Below are positions 49,601 to 62,384 of a stretch of 64,000 nt of DNA, one piece after another. Numbering within the stretch: position 1 is the stretch's first letter; each line of letters opens with the position of its first letter. A program made the position numbers and the translations under genes. The notes beneath the pieces are model-generated. The model was not told where the DNA came from, did no database searches, and saw only the letters and a list, made by a program, of their open reading frames with translations. The DNA is from Mobula birostris (Eukaryota), in the NCBI RefSeq assembly GCF_030028105.1, contig NC_092388.1, forward strand, positions 27,523,684 to 27,587,683. The letters are read 5' to 3'.

Positions 49601-50089
49601 TGTAACCCTCTGGTTCGGCCAGCATGTGTTTGTCTCGAGGAAGACAGCCTCTGGCCCAGTCAAACTGAGAAATCTCGTTTGCGTGGATGCTGCATGATAC
49701 GTTGCCTGGTTACAAATCCGTACCGCAAAATATCAGACAGTTCACTATATGCAATTAAACGACTGAGCTTTATAGTTCTTAATCTGACTTTAAGGTTAGT
49801 AAAGAAAATAAGGAAAATGGCCCATTTTAATGAAACGGTCTAATGTGCACCAACTCTCTCCACTCACGTCTCCTCTCTTCATCTCTCGGCGATAAAAGAC
49901 CATGAATACCTTCTCTCAGGCACGTAAGAAAGTAACAAATTGCTCCTCATTGGATGGCGCACATTCCAAAACCCCCATTATCTCTAGTCATAACCCAAAC
50001 ACTGCTGCTACAGAGAAACCATTACATCAGCAGCGAAACATTACAGAGAGGCCATTACTTTTATCAGTGAAACCTTACAGAGTGTTATA
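49601..50089 (-). repeat. 5' LTR of the PNMA-type Gypsy
   Basis: TGTAACCCT...TGTTATA; adjacent to the PBS. Confidence 0.9.
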
Positions 50090-50765
50090 GTAGGTAAGGA
50101 GAAGGGGAAGCCAGTCCCTCCTTATCGTGGAGGGAGTATAGTGTGAGAGGAGATATCTGGACAATCGAGGAAATGTGGATGAGGGCGTCATCGCTGATGA
50201 TCCAAGGGTAACCTCATTCTTTGAAATAGGGGAACATTTCAGTTGAGAACAGATGCAACAGAGAAAAGGGAATGGAATTTTTTTCAAATGACAGGGTTTG
50301 AAGAGATATAGTCAAGATAGATAAGAGAGTCAGTAGGTTTATAAATTATAATTAGTGAACAGTCAAACTCCAGAGATGGAGAATGAAAAAATTGAGAAAT
50401 TGGAGCAAGTTGTCAGAGATGGACGAAGTGAATTTGAGGGCAGGGTGGAAGTTAGAAGCAAAGTTAATGAATTTGATGATGTCAGCATGATATTGAAAGG
50501 CAAAGTCGAAATAACAGCTATGATGGGTTGGATAATTAGAAGAGTGCATATTTTAATGCCAGGGAGATTATGGGTAAGGCTGATGGACTTAGAATATAGA
50601 TCAGTACATGGAACTACCAAGTTGTGGCCATTCAAGAGACAAATCAGAAATTGTTGAGGGTGAGAACCAATTCCATCAGACAGAGGAGTGTGGTGATGGA
50701 GAGGAACTAGCTAGGTTGTCCAGAAAAGAGAGGAAAGTTTCTCATTGACTTTCCCATGGATAGGG
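50090..50765 (-). mobile_element. Penelope-like element, RT part (continuation of 42143-43029)
   Basis: FINFASNFHPALKFTSSISD, YKPTDS, IPF and PLLLTYY motifs on the minus strand; joins 43029 across the GTAG TSD. Confidence 0.75.
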
Positions 50766-51199
50766 AAAAGACATTCATCAACTGTTACCTTCTCCAATCA
50801 AATTGAATGGCAGGAACCATTACATTGTCACACAAAGTACCTTTGACTTAATTTGGTGTTTTTAATCTACTAGCCGCTACCAGTTTTAAATTGAATAGTC
50901 TTAATTTAATTAACTCCCATTTTGAATGACTGATCACATTGATTTGTAAATCAATACGTTTTAGTCAATTTGATTTTGAACTTCCAACTTGCAGCAAGAT
51001 CCAAGGTCTTGCAAATCAAATTGCTAATTCTATCCATTAAAACATCTTTACCATTTAAGATACTGGGGAGACTGATAAAGAAGCGACCATTTACGTCTTG
51101 TGGAGACTAAATGGATTTAGTGCATTTTGCCCCAGGAGTTTTTGCAAAGTCCATTAGGCAGAGTCAGCTTGTTCACTCATCTATGTTCCCTTATAAGGT

Positions 51200-52365
51200 A
51201 GAATGTCAGGATGCTGTTCATCGACTATAGCTGAGCATTTAACAACATCATTCCCACAATCCTGATCGAGAAGTTGCAGAACCTGGGCCTCTGTCCCTCC
51301 ACCTGCAATTGTATCCTCGACTGCCTAACAGGTCTGTGCAGATTGGTGATAACATATTCTCCTCACTGACGATCAACACTGGTGCACCTCAGGGGTGTGT
51401 GCTTAGCCCATTGCTCTACTCTCTGTATACACATGACTGTGTGGCTAGGCATATCTCAAATACCATCTATAAATTTCCTGATGATACATCCATTGTTGGT
51501 AGAATCTCAGGTGGTGACGAGAGGGTGTACAGGAGTGAGATATGCCAACTAGTGGAGTGGTGCCACAGAAACAACCTGGCACTCAACGTCAATAAGATGA
51601 AAAAGTTGATTGTGGATTTCAGGAAGGGTAAGACGAAGGAACACATACCAATCCTCAGGGAGATCAGAAGTGGAGAGAGTGAGCGGCTTCAAGTTCCTGG
51701 GTGTCAAAATCTCTAAGGATCTAATCTTGTCCCAACATATCAATGTAGTTATAAAGAAGGCAAGGCACCGGCTATACTTTATTAGAGTTTGAAGAGTTTT
51801 GGCATGTCAACAAATACACTCAAAAACTTCTATAATTGTACAGTGGAGAGCATTCTGACAGGCTGCACCACTGTCTGGTATGGAGGAGCTACTGTACAGG
51901 GCCGAAAGAAACTGCACAGGATTGTAAATCTAGTCAGCTCCATCTTGGGTACTACCCTACACAGTACCCAGGACATCTTTAGGGAGCGGTGTCTCAGAAA
52001 GGACATTACTAAGGACCTCCAGTACCCAGGGCATGCCCTTTTCTCACTATTACCACCAGGTAGGAGATACAGAAGCCTAAAGGCACACACTCAGCGATTC
52101 ATGAACAGCTTCTTCCCCTCTGCCATCCGATTCCTAAATGGACATTGAATCTTTGGACACTACCTCAATTTTTTTAATATACAATATTTCTGTTTTTGCA
52201 TGTATTTTTTAATCTATTCAACATACACAATTGACTTACTTGTTTACTTACTATTATTTGTTGCTCTTTGCTAGATTATGTATTGCATTGAACTGCTGCT
52301 GCTAAGTTAACAAATTTCAGGTCACATGCCAGTGATAATAAACCTGATTCTGATTCTGACTCTGA
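51200..52365 (+). mobile_element. Rex1/Babar LINE, RT to 3' end
   Basis: VRMLFIDYS, TGAPQGCVLSPLLYSLYTHDC, KFPDDT, FKFLGV, GRRYRSL, NSFFPSAIR; (GATTCT)n tail. Confidence 0.9.
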
Positions 52366-52909
52366 ATGCCAATTGACTGTCTTAGGACTCCATTTGTGAT
52401 TTGAACCTCTGATTTCTTCATCTTGTGACTTACATTTGTAATTATTGGTTAACTATTTGGATACGCAGAGATCATGTCAAAGTAGGGTATTGATTTCATA
52501 TCATACTCCATACCTGAAGGCGGTAAATCACACTCAGATTCTGCTGATAAGAGTTTCTTGTCCTGGCAAATTCTACTTGGAGGTGGGATAACAAGCCTGG
52601 AAATTGCTTCTTTCATTTCTTAAATCAAAGCTCATAGGCAAGTTTATTCATAATCCCCACACAGCTTTATCTTTGTGAGGAAACCAAATCAAAGGAAGTA
52701 AGTAGAAAAATAAATACTTTAAAGGTGTACAGCTACTTAGTGTGGCTACATTATGGGATAGAAACATTTGAAGATTCAGAGAAGAAAATCAACACTATAG
52801 AGTTTAAAGGGAGCTTAGATGGAAATTGAGACAAAACATTAGGCAAATCAACTGAAAGGAAATTTAAAAATGAAGTACCTTTGAAATTGCCAATTGATGA
52901 ATGACTGAT

Positions 52910-53340
52910 AAAACAAGAGCATAAAGCCTTAGATCAGAGGTATGAATAAGAATATCGATAACCTGGTTCAACCTGAGGTCTGTTAAGTAAACAAAGACAA
53001 TGCCAAGAAAATGAAAATCTCGGGTGGGTCTGTTTACCATCCCCAGGGTCAAAACTAAACATGGTGAGGCAGCTTTTAGTTACTATGCCCCACTTATCTG
53101 GAATAACATTCTAGAGGATCAGAAATCTGCCCCACCTTTAAGCTCTTTTAAACTGAGATTTAAGAATTTTCTCTTCGCTGTAGCTTTTAATTAGAATCTC
53201 CTGCACTGTAACTGCTATCGATCATATTTATTTTTGTATGATTTTATTCTCTTATATAGTCTGAAAGTTGATGCCTGATTTTTATAGCTTGTTCTACGTA
53301 AAGCACTTTGAACGGCCTTGTGCTTGTAAATAAACTTGCT
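52910..53340 (+). mobile_element. L2 LINE 3' end
   Basis: IPRVKTKHGEAAFSYYAPLIWNNI...SSFKLRFKNFLFAVAF; tail GTAAAGCACTTTGA...AAATAAACTTGC. Confidence 0.75.
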
Positions 53341-53384
53341 TGCGTGCTAGGCTTTCGTGATTTTGATCGTGTGGATAATTTGTT

Positions 53385-53820
53385 GGCTCAGGACCTGTAC
53401 TCACTGGAGTTTAGAAAAGTAAGGGAGGATCTCATTGAAACCAATCAGATATTGAAAGACCTAGATAGAGTTGGCATGGAGAGGATGTTTCCTATAGTAG
53501 GGGAGTCTAACACAAGAGGGCACAGCCTCAGAACAGGAGAATATTCCTTTAGAACAGATATGAGGAGAAATATGAGGAGAGTGTGGTGAATCTGTGGAAT
53601 TCATTGCTACTGATGGCTGTGGAGGCTAAGTTATTGGGTATATTTAAAGTGGAGGTTCTTCAGTACTTGACTCGTAAAAGCACCAAAGGCTACAAGGGGA
53701 AAGGCAGAGAATGGGTTTGAAAGCAATAATAAACCAGCCAAGATTGAATGGCGGAGCAGACTCCATAGAACAAATGATCTAATTATTTTCCTGTATCTTA
53801 TGATCTTATGATCTTATGAT
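53385..53820 (+). mobile_element. CR1 3' fragment
   Basis: LYSLEFRKVREDLIET...GESNTRGHSLR; tail (CTTATGAT)n. Confidence 0.85.
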
Positions 53821-56419
53821 ATGGAAAAATATACCCTTTTGTGAGAGAATCTAGAATTAGGGTCATCATTTAAAAATAATGGGTCAAACGCTTATATCCA
53901 GGATTAAACAATTTTTATTTTATCTCAGCAGGCACTATGCCTTTGGAACTCAGATTTTCAAAAGAGCATTTGAATAATTTTAAGGCACAAGTCAATGATT
54001 CCTGTTAAACAAGGGGGTGAAAGGTTACCGTGGTTAAGGGGAATGTAGAATTGAGGTTAAAGTCAGATCACCATGACAGGTTCAATGGACCGAATGATCG
54101 ATTCCTGCTCCTGATTTGTATGTTCATTGACTCATAATTGCAAATGGCATTAACAAATGGACCATGACTGATCTTAATTAATCTGCACAGCTCTCAGTGT
54201 ATCATCATGAGCATTTTCTTCCTAGAACAAGGTAACTTATTTACTGTTATCTGAGTTACCTTTTCTCTCTTTGGTATATCTAGTCTCTTAGTGAAACTCT
54301 CACTTTAAAATGCCTTGTCTATTACAATAGAAATATCATGTTGAAAAACGTCAAATGTTATCAGACTAAAACATTAACTCTGCTTTTCTCTGCACACGTT
54401 ATTCAGTATTCCCAGCAGATTTTGTTTTTTTTTTACTTTCAGATTTCCAACATCCATGGTATTTTGCTTTTTATGAATTATAAGCCTTGTGAACTGTTTT
54501 TGTAATCGATGATGCTGAAATTGTTATGACGCAGTGAAGTGGATACACAGCGTGCTTCAGAACTCATTCTCTTCAGCTCGCTGAATCTGCCTTCAATTAG
54601 CAAACAAAAGAAAAGCTTCCAAAGAGCATGTTGTTGGGCCTGCATTCAGTAATTAAAGCTTTATCTGCAATCATTTGTCCTTTCTGATGCAGAGATAGCG
54701 CCGAATCAATAGGCAAGCACTGACTTGCACTCTACCACATAATCTTTCAAATGACATCTGCAGAATATACACATGCTGTGTGCCTGGGTATTTCTATAGC
54801 CATACCTGCTGCAAGAACTGAAAGCCAAAAACCACATCTGGAGAAATGTACTCAAGTCTATAGTGTAACGCAGAGTTATAATGGCATCAAAAATTATAGT
54901 GTCAGTACAAAAGAACGGTGTGCATCAGAAATTTAAATCTACCTTGACCATTTTCTACCATCTATTAGGTTAAGATGTAAGTTTTACAACGATGCCATCA
55001 CCTGGAAGTTTGGATAATTTATTTATTTTTGATAAGAGTTTTCAGATTAGATGGCAGAAATTAGTCTTCCAGAAATGAGTAAACTTGTATCTGTAGCTAA
55101 AATATCTGCATTGTGCACGAACCATTAAATTAATGAGACATTCAGAACTATGAGCTCTTCCAACACGTATTTTATTCAGCATGGGGCAAGGCAAGTCCAA
55201 CATCATAAGCTGATATGACAGTAAATGTGAATTAACATATGATGCGATTAGCATTCTAATTAATGAAAAAGAGATTTAAACTGGAAAACGAAATGAACCT
55301 CACTTCTTTTCCAGCTATCTTTGACTACTCTATGTTGAAAGTTTATTTATTAATCAGAATTTGGTTTACTTTTATATAACTTCCTTATTATCAATAATAA
55401 AATAAATATTTGAATTGCAACTTTTAAAACAAAAGCTACTGACAATATGATGACATTTGTGGTTTCTTCAACTGTACATGAGCAGGCATGAGCACTGTAT
55501 TATGAAGAGATGCAAGGGACAGGCTAAGGTCAAGTAATTCTCTACAGAGAAAGAAAACAAGGATCAATTTTCACTTGATATGGCTGGTAGAAGTGAGATG
55601 AGTAATGGCACGGATATTTATTATGTTAAGCGTATTCCTGCTTAATCCCACACTGTTCATCCATAGCTCTGTAAATTTCTCCTCCTAGGTATCCACCCCA
55701 AGTATTTATGGAATATTTTATACAATGTGATGCCAGGTTATTCTTTATTTCCTGAGGCTTTCCGCATAATTTTTTCATCTGCTTTCTGGAGTCCAGTATT
55801 TCTTAATGAACTACCACCTGCTCCCTCTTGTCCCTTGTGGAGTTCAGTTTGAAATTGCATCTAGTTCCATGTGGAATAATGCCAAGTTCAATGTTAAATC
55901 ACCCCTGTGCTTGTTGACCTACATTGACCCTAGTAAGTAACATCTCAGTTTTAATATTCTCATCTTTGTTTCAAGAGCCATTCATGATCTCTCCCATTTA
56001 TAAATTCACCAGCCCTACTTCTTCAATTCTGATTGCTTTCTTATTTCCAAGTTTAAGTGAGACTTCATGATGATCAGTGATTTCATTGTAGTGCCATAAG
56101 ATAGATTGCAGTACTATATGTTCCCTTACACTATTAGACAATGATGTTTCTATAGATTTGCTGAGTATGCCTGCAGAAAATGAATCTCAGGGTTGTATAT
56201 GGTGACATATATGTACTTTGATAGTAAACTTACCTTGAATTTACTTAGAGCTTTATGGCAGACTCTGCCATTCTAGAAGTAGTTCATTTAGTCATCTACA
56301 AAAATGTAGCACTTGATTTGGATTCAGCCCTAGGTGCACTTCCTTCCTTGTTCTCTTTGATAACAAGTGTTTTGAGTAAAATCGACATGCCACAAACATT
56401 TCACTTTAGTGGAGCTGCT

Positions 56420-56960
56420 GCCTCAATGTGCTAGAAACCTTGGTTCAGTCCCAATGTCGGATGTTGGCTGTGTGGAGTCTGCATGCTCTCCCTGCGATCG
56501 CATGGATTTCCTCTGGTTGTTCTGGTTTCTTCCCATAATCACAAAGATGTGAGGTGTTAGGTTATTTGATTTATTTGTTGAGATACAGTGTGGAGTAGGC
56601 CCTTCCAGCCCTTTGAGCCGTCCCGCCCAGCAAGGTCCCAAATTTGGTCCCAGCCTAATCACGGAACAACTTACAATGACTAATTAATCTGCCAACTGGT
56701 ACATCTTTGGACCGTGGGAAGAAACTGGTGCACCCGGAGGAAACCCACATGGCCACAGGGAGATCATCCAAAATCCTTCGAGGCAGCATCGGGAATTGAA
56801 CCTGGGTCAATGGTACTGTAAAGTGTTGTGCTAACCAGCACGCTACCATGGCCACTGCGAATTGCCTCTGTTGTATAGATGAGTGGTAGAGTCTATGTTT
56901 GGGTGGTTTGATGAGAACTTAGGAGAATGACAAATGGGATTCATAGAAAATTGACTGAAC
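56420..56960. mobile_element. V-SINE (-, ~56565-56850) nested in another V-SINE (+)
   Basis: Outer V core TGTGTGGAGTCTGCATGCTCTCCCTG at ~56470, resuming at GGCCACTGCGAATTGCC ~56850. The inner copy has the V core and tRNA-like boxes on the minus strand. Confidence 0.75.
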
Positions 56961-57696
56961 TGGGTTGGTGATAGTTGCTGAAAGCTTGGTGACCTGAAGG
57001 ATATGTTTCTATGCTGTAAATCTCTAAGGCACTTCAGGAAGAAATTTAAAGGTTTGTAAGATGCTAGATTTCAAGCATCTGGAAAAGATAGCAGAGAGAA
57101 ACCTCTCCTATTAGGTGGCTATTTCAGTTCCTTTATATCGTTGATATCTAATCATAGATCCATGTAGCATGGAAAGAGGCCCTTTGGTCCATCTAGTCTG
57201 TGCTGACCATAAAGCACCCATTTACATTTTTAATTTTAATTTCTTCACATTCCCATCGACTCTCCTCAGATCCTACTACTCATCTACGCATTACAAGCAA
57301 CTTAGTGGCCAATTAATCAAAGAGATAAGAAGCCAGGCTGAAAGGGGATGGCGCCATGCTGTGTCTTCAGTTTGCTATAGGTTTCATCACAGAGGAAGCT
57401 GTAGAGGTGGGGCAGAACGATCCCAAACACTTGAGGAAGGAGGCCAAAAACCAATACTTTGAAGTGAATACTTTGAATTGAAGTGTAAATAATAAAGACC
57501 ATAGACATTCCCTACCAATAGGGTGTTGGATGTAGCCTGGGGAGCAGTGTGGAGGCAAAATGCTACAACAACATAAATGAAAAAGAAAAGGAAGAATATA
57601 CATATTTTGATATGGATAGACCTGCCCAATATAGTGAGACAATTGCCCGAGTAGCTGTGAGCAAGCATGTCTACCTTTGACTTTTAATAAAATCAC

Positions 57697-58200
57697 CAGA
57701 TTCAGATTTATTTATCACATGTACATCAAAACATACAGTAAATATATATCATTTGTGTTAACAACCAACAAGGCCCAAGGATGTGCTGAGGGCAGCTCAG
57801 GAGTGCTGCCACACATTCTGGCACTAACATAATATATCCATAATGTTTATCAGAACAGCACAAGCAACATCAACAACAATAATAACAAAATAAAATAAAA
57901 CAACAACTGCAAATCAAGCCCCTTTCCCACCTTTCCTCCTAACCACCCAACCCTCAAAAGCACGGTCAGATCTCCCAGCTCAGGACAAGCTGTCTCCAGG
58001 TCTCCAATCCTTAGTCTTGGATACTCAGACTCAAAAACATCCAACTTTGGACTTTGCTTCAGGACTTACTGATCAGGGATTTGACCTTTAGACCTTGACT
58101 CCTTGACTTGCAGGGACTTCTGACCCCACTGACCTGGTTCCTTGTATCTCCTTTGGGCCTCTACCTTAAGTCTTTGACCTTTAGATTTCTTAGGACCATT
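57697..58200 (-). mobile_element. Unclassified retroposon 3' end with (TCTGAA)n tail
   Basis: CAGATTCAGATTTATTTATCACATGTAC tail-type structure; the body has short GACCTT/GGACTT repeats. Confidence 0.4.
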
Positions 58201-58728
58201 TCCCAGTATCCCATCATTAAATCCTCGAAGTCATCATTGGCTAGAAACTCAAGTGAATTAATCACATAAATATTGTGGCTGTGTGAATAGGTCAAACACT
58301 ATGCATTCTGAAATGAATGCCTCAATTTATAATACCCAAAGTCCTCTCTACCATTTACATGGCACAAGTCAGCATTCAGATTAATACTCTCCCCATATGT
58401 GGATAATTATTCCCAAGAAACTCAGCAGTGTCCAGGATAAAGCATCCCACTTTATTGATACTCCATCCACCTACCTGAATAGTCATTGTTCCACCATTGG
58501 CATACAATGAATGCAATCTGTACCTGCTACTCAGTCCACTGCAGTTACTTGTCCAGATTATTGTGATGCCATTTGATGAGCCCACAATGGCTAAAAAGAC
58601 AAAGGTTGCAGACACAAGGGAAGACAATCGTTTTCAAGTTCCCTCCAAATAGCAACTGTCTGATATGGATTAGGTCATTGGTCCTTCATCATCGTTGGGT
58701 CAAAACTTGGAATTCCTTCCCTGATTTT

Positions 58729-59365
58729 TTTTTTAGATTATTGTCATTTAGAAATGCATGCATTAAAAAATGATACACCGTTCCTCCAGAATGATATCAC
58801 AAAAAAAAACAGGACAAACCAAGACTAAAACTGACAAAACCAAATTATTATAACATATAGTTACAACAATGCAAAGCAATACCATAATTTGATAAAGAGC
58901 AGACCATAGACATGGTAAAAAAAAGTCTGAAAGTCCCTATAAACTCATCAACTCACGCAGGCGGCAGAGGGGAGAAACTCTCCCTGCCATGAGCCTCCAA
59001 GCGCCGACAACTTGCCGATGCATTGGAAGCACTCTGAGCCCGTCCGAAAACTTCCAGCCTCTGACCAGCCCCTCCGACACAGCCTCTCCGAGCACCATCC
59101 TCTGCTGAGCGCTTCGACCCCTCCTTGGCCACCGAGCAACAAGCAAAGCCGAGGACTCGGGGCCTTCTCCTCCGGAGATTCCGGACAACACAGTAGCAGC
59201 CGCAGCAAAGCAGGCATTTCAGAAGTTTCTCCAGATGTTCCTCCGTGCTCTCATGTCCGTCTCCATCAAATTAGGATTGTGCACGGTACCCTACTTGACA
59301 AATAACTGACATCACCACTGGAGTGGCCGCTGTGAGCTGCGTCGCGCTGCCATCTCCTCCTCCCA
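58729..59365 (-). mobile_element. Non-autonomous retroposon family X, copy 3
   Basis: Reverse complement of copies 1 and 2; TSD CCTGATTTT at 58720-58728 / 59366-59374; stem-loop part of the tail deleted. Confidence 0.85.
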
Positions 59366-59394
59366 CCTGATTTTGGGAATGTTATGGAATATAG

Positions 59395-60030
59395 GAATAC
59401 GAGTACTTCATTCATTGAAAGCACTACCACAGGTTTACAGGGGAGTGAAGGAGGTATTTGGTATATTACTCTTCACCAGTCAGGGCACTAAGTATCGAAG
59501 TTGGGATGCTTTATTGCAACCGTACAAGACTTTGTTGAGACTACATTTGAATTATCAGGTACAGTTTTGTTCATAACCCGGTTATAGGAAAGTTGTTATT
59601 AAACTGGAAAGAGTGCAGAGAATATCTACAAGCCAGGACTAAAGTGCTAGGGTTATAGGGTTGGACAGGCTAGGACTTTTACTCCTTGGAGTGTAGAAGA
59701 TTGAGGGATGCCCTTATAGAGGTGTAAAAAATCATGAGGCATTGTTAGGATGAAACTACATAGTCTGTTTTCCCAGAATAGAACTCAAAAATGGAGTACA
59801 AAGGTTTAAGATAAGCAGCTAAAGATTTAAAGGGGTCCTAAGGGTGGTCTTTACATGCTGTCAGAGAAAGGGATTGAGGCAGCTACAATAATATTCAAAA
59901 TGACATTTGGATAAATGTATGATAGGAGAGGATTAGAGAGATATGAGCCAAACTTGGGCAAATGGGAATCGCTAGGTGGCCATTTTGATCAGTGTGGACT
60001 TCAAAGTCTGCTTCTATGCTGTATCGCCCT
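59395..60030 (+). mobile_element. Old CR1 3' fragment
   Basis: HSLK...SQGTKYRSWDALLQPYKTLLRLHLNYQVQF. Confidence 0.75.
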
Positions 60031-60999
60031 TTGACTTACATACATTCATCAGAGGGACTGAAGTAGTTTCAGAATGTATAGTTTACTTTCTCATTTAGGA
60101 ATGGGCAATAAAATTTGACCTTGCCAATGATGGTGTAATCCCTCCCAAAAATTAAAAAAAAGTGTCACTTCAGTAGAAATCTGAATTGTTTCAAGGTCCA
60201 GAATTCATAACAAATTAAAAACTTGGGAATATAACACTGGTGACTCATATGAACATTAAGTTCCCTCACTAAGTTCCTGGATCTATGGAAGACCAGTGTG
60301 CCAGCAAATGATATGCCGATGTGCCTGCAAAAACACGGCTCATCAAATTTCAGTCATTTTGCAATGCTGGAGTCAATGATTTATCTGTATATGAATATTA
60401 TAGGCTGTAAGGTGATCCAGCTGGCAAAGAGCTGTCACTTCACAACTTCTGCACAACAAAATAGAGCCAAGACCATGGGGGAGGGGGAATTCAATGCTGA
60501 AAATCCCAGACATTTGCTTCAAAGCGCCTCTCATAGATATTGGTTTGTTCCACAGCCATTTTACCTAGACAGCCAGTGACAGCAAATCACGAGATCAGAG
60601 GCATCAATTTCTATTCACCAAGCTGGTCATCACAAAAGAGAACGGAGACAAGTTGAGCACTGTTCAAAGTTAACCTTAAGGATTGATCCACACTGTCACC
60701 ATCCTGGACACTGCTGATACGGCAATCAACATGGTCACAATAATCTTAATCTTAAAATTCATGTGAAAATATCCTAGCCTCAATAGGAACGCTGATAAAA
60801 AGACATAGCAGGGCCAGAGTGCATGTCTAAAACCACTGAGTAAAATCACTAAGCATTTAAGATTATTTCTTTATGCCTTAAATCTCTATATTTTAACTTA
60901 AAGTATCATGTGGCATGGTAGTGTGAATGGACCAGTAACCTTGTGGCCTGGAATTATGATTTGGTAACATTGTACCACAGCAGACAATGAATGTAAATT

Positions 61000-62310
61000 T
61001 AGACCATAGGAGCAGAATTAGGCCATTCAGCCCATCAAGTCAGCTCTGCCAAGCTATCATGGCTGAATCCAGATCCCACTCAGCCCCATACACCTGCCTT
61101 CTCACCTCATCTTTTGATATCCTGACCAATATACCCACAGACTTGGCCTCCACCACAGTCCGTGGCAGAGCATTCCACAGATTCACTACTCCCTGGCTAA
61201 AATAAATCCTCCTTACCATGTTCTAAAAGGTCACTACTCAATTTTGAGGCTGTGCTCTCAAGTTCTGGATACTCCCACCACAGGAACATCCTCTCCACAT
61301 CCACCCTAGCTAGTCCTTTCAACATTCGGTAGGTTTCAATGAGATTCCACCCCCGCCCCCCACCACCCCCCGGCATTCTTCTAAATTTCAGTAAGTATAG
61401 CCACAAAGCTGCCAAACGTTTCTCATTTGTTAACCTCTTCTTTCCCTGAATCACCTTTGTGAACCTTCCCTGGACTCTCTCCAATGACAACACATCCTTT
61501 CTGAGATAGGAGGCACAATACTGTTGACAGTACTCCAAGTGTGGCATGACTAGTGTCACATAAAGCCTCTGCATAATCTCCTTGCTTTTATATTCTATTC
61601 TCTTGAAATAAATCCCAACAATGCATTTGCCTTCTTAACCACAGACTCAACCTGTAAGTTAATCTTCTGGGAATCTTGCATGAGGACTCCTAAGTCCTTT
61701 TGCACCTCTGATGTTTGAAGTTTCTCCCCATTCAGATAATAGTCCACATTATTGTTCCTTTTACCAAAATGCATTATCCCAACACTGTATTCCTTCTGCC
61801 ACTTTTTTGCTTATTCTTCCAATTTGTCTAAGTCCTTCTCCAATCGCATTGCTTCCTCAGCACTACCTACCCCTCCACCTATCTTCGTATCATCTGAAAA
61901 ATTTGCTACAAAGCTATCAATTCCATTATCTAAATCACTGACAAACAATGCGAAAAGCAGTGGTCCCATTACTGACCCCTGAGGAACACTACTAGTCATT
62001 GGCAACCAACCAGAAAAGGCCCCCTTTATTCCCACACACTGCCTCCTGCCTGTCAGCCATTCCTCTATCCATGGCAGTATCTTTCCCCCAACCCCATTGG
62101 ACTTTATCTTGTTAATCAACCTCGTGTGTGGCACCTCATCAAATGTCTTTTGAAAATCCGAGAAAATGACATCCATGGCCTTGTCATTATCCACCCTGGA
62201 TACTTCCTTGAAGAACTCTCTCAGATTTGTCAGGCAAGATTTCTCCTCACAGAAACCATTCTGACCCTGACTTATTTTGTTATTAGTTTCCAGGTGCCTC
62301 AAAAAACATA
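61000..62310 (-). mobile_element. CR1 LINE, RT to 3' end
   Basis: ORFs 61811-62323 (QNGF, DFQKTFD, SSVPQGS, FSDD) and 61197-61574; tail begins AGACCATAGGAGCAGAATTAGGCC on +. Confidence 0.9.
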
Positions 62311-62384
62311 GTTTAAAAGGCAAATAACAGTATTTATAGTGGCCATAAAACTATCAAATCAGAAAGTGGAGTAGCATAACTAGA

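Larger units (their letters stand above)
43030..50089 (-). mobile_element. Full-length decayed Gypsy retrotransposon with PNMA-type gag
   Basis: Two LTRs; 4-bp TSD GTAG (43026-43029 / 50090-50093). PBS TGGGGGTATCGTTCAGG (tRNA-Pro-like) and PPT next to the LTRs. Gag from ATG ~49505 with LRIFSG, ESLRG, QEKGEKLS and CYNCGEEGH. RT YLDD (46456-46914), RNase H (45626-46036), integrase (44686-45126). Confidence 0.95.
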
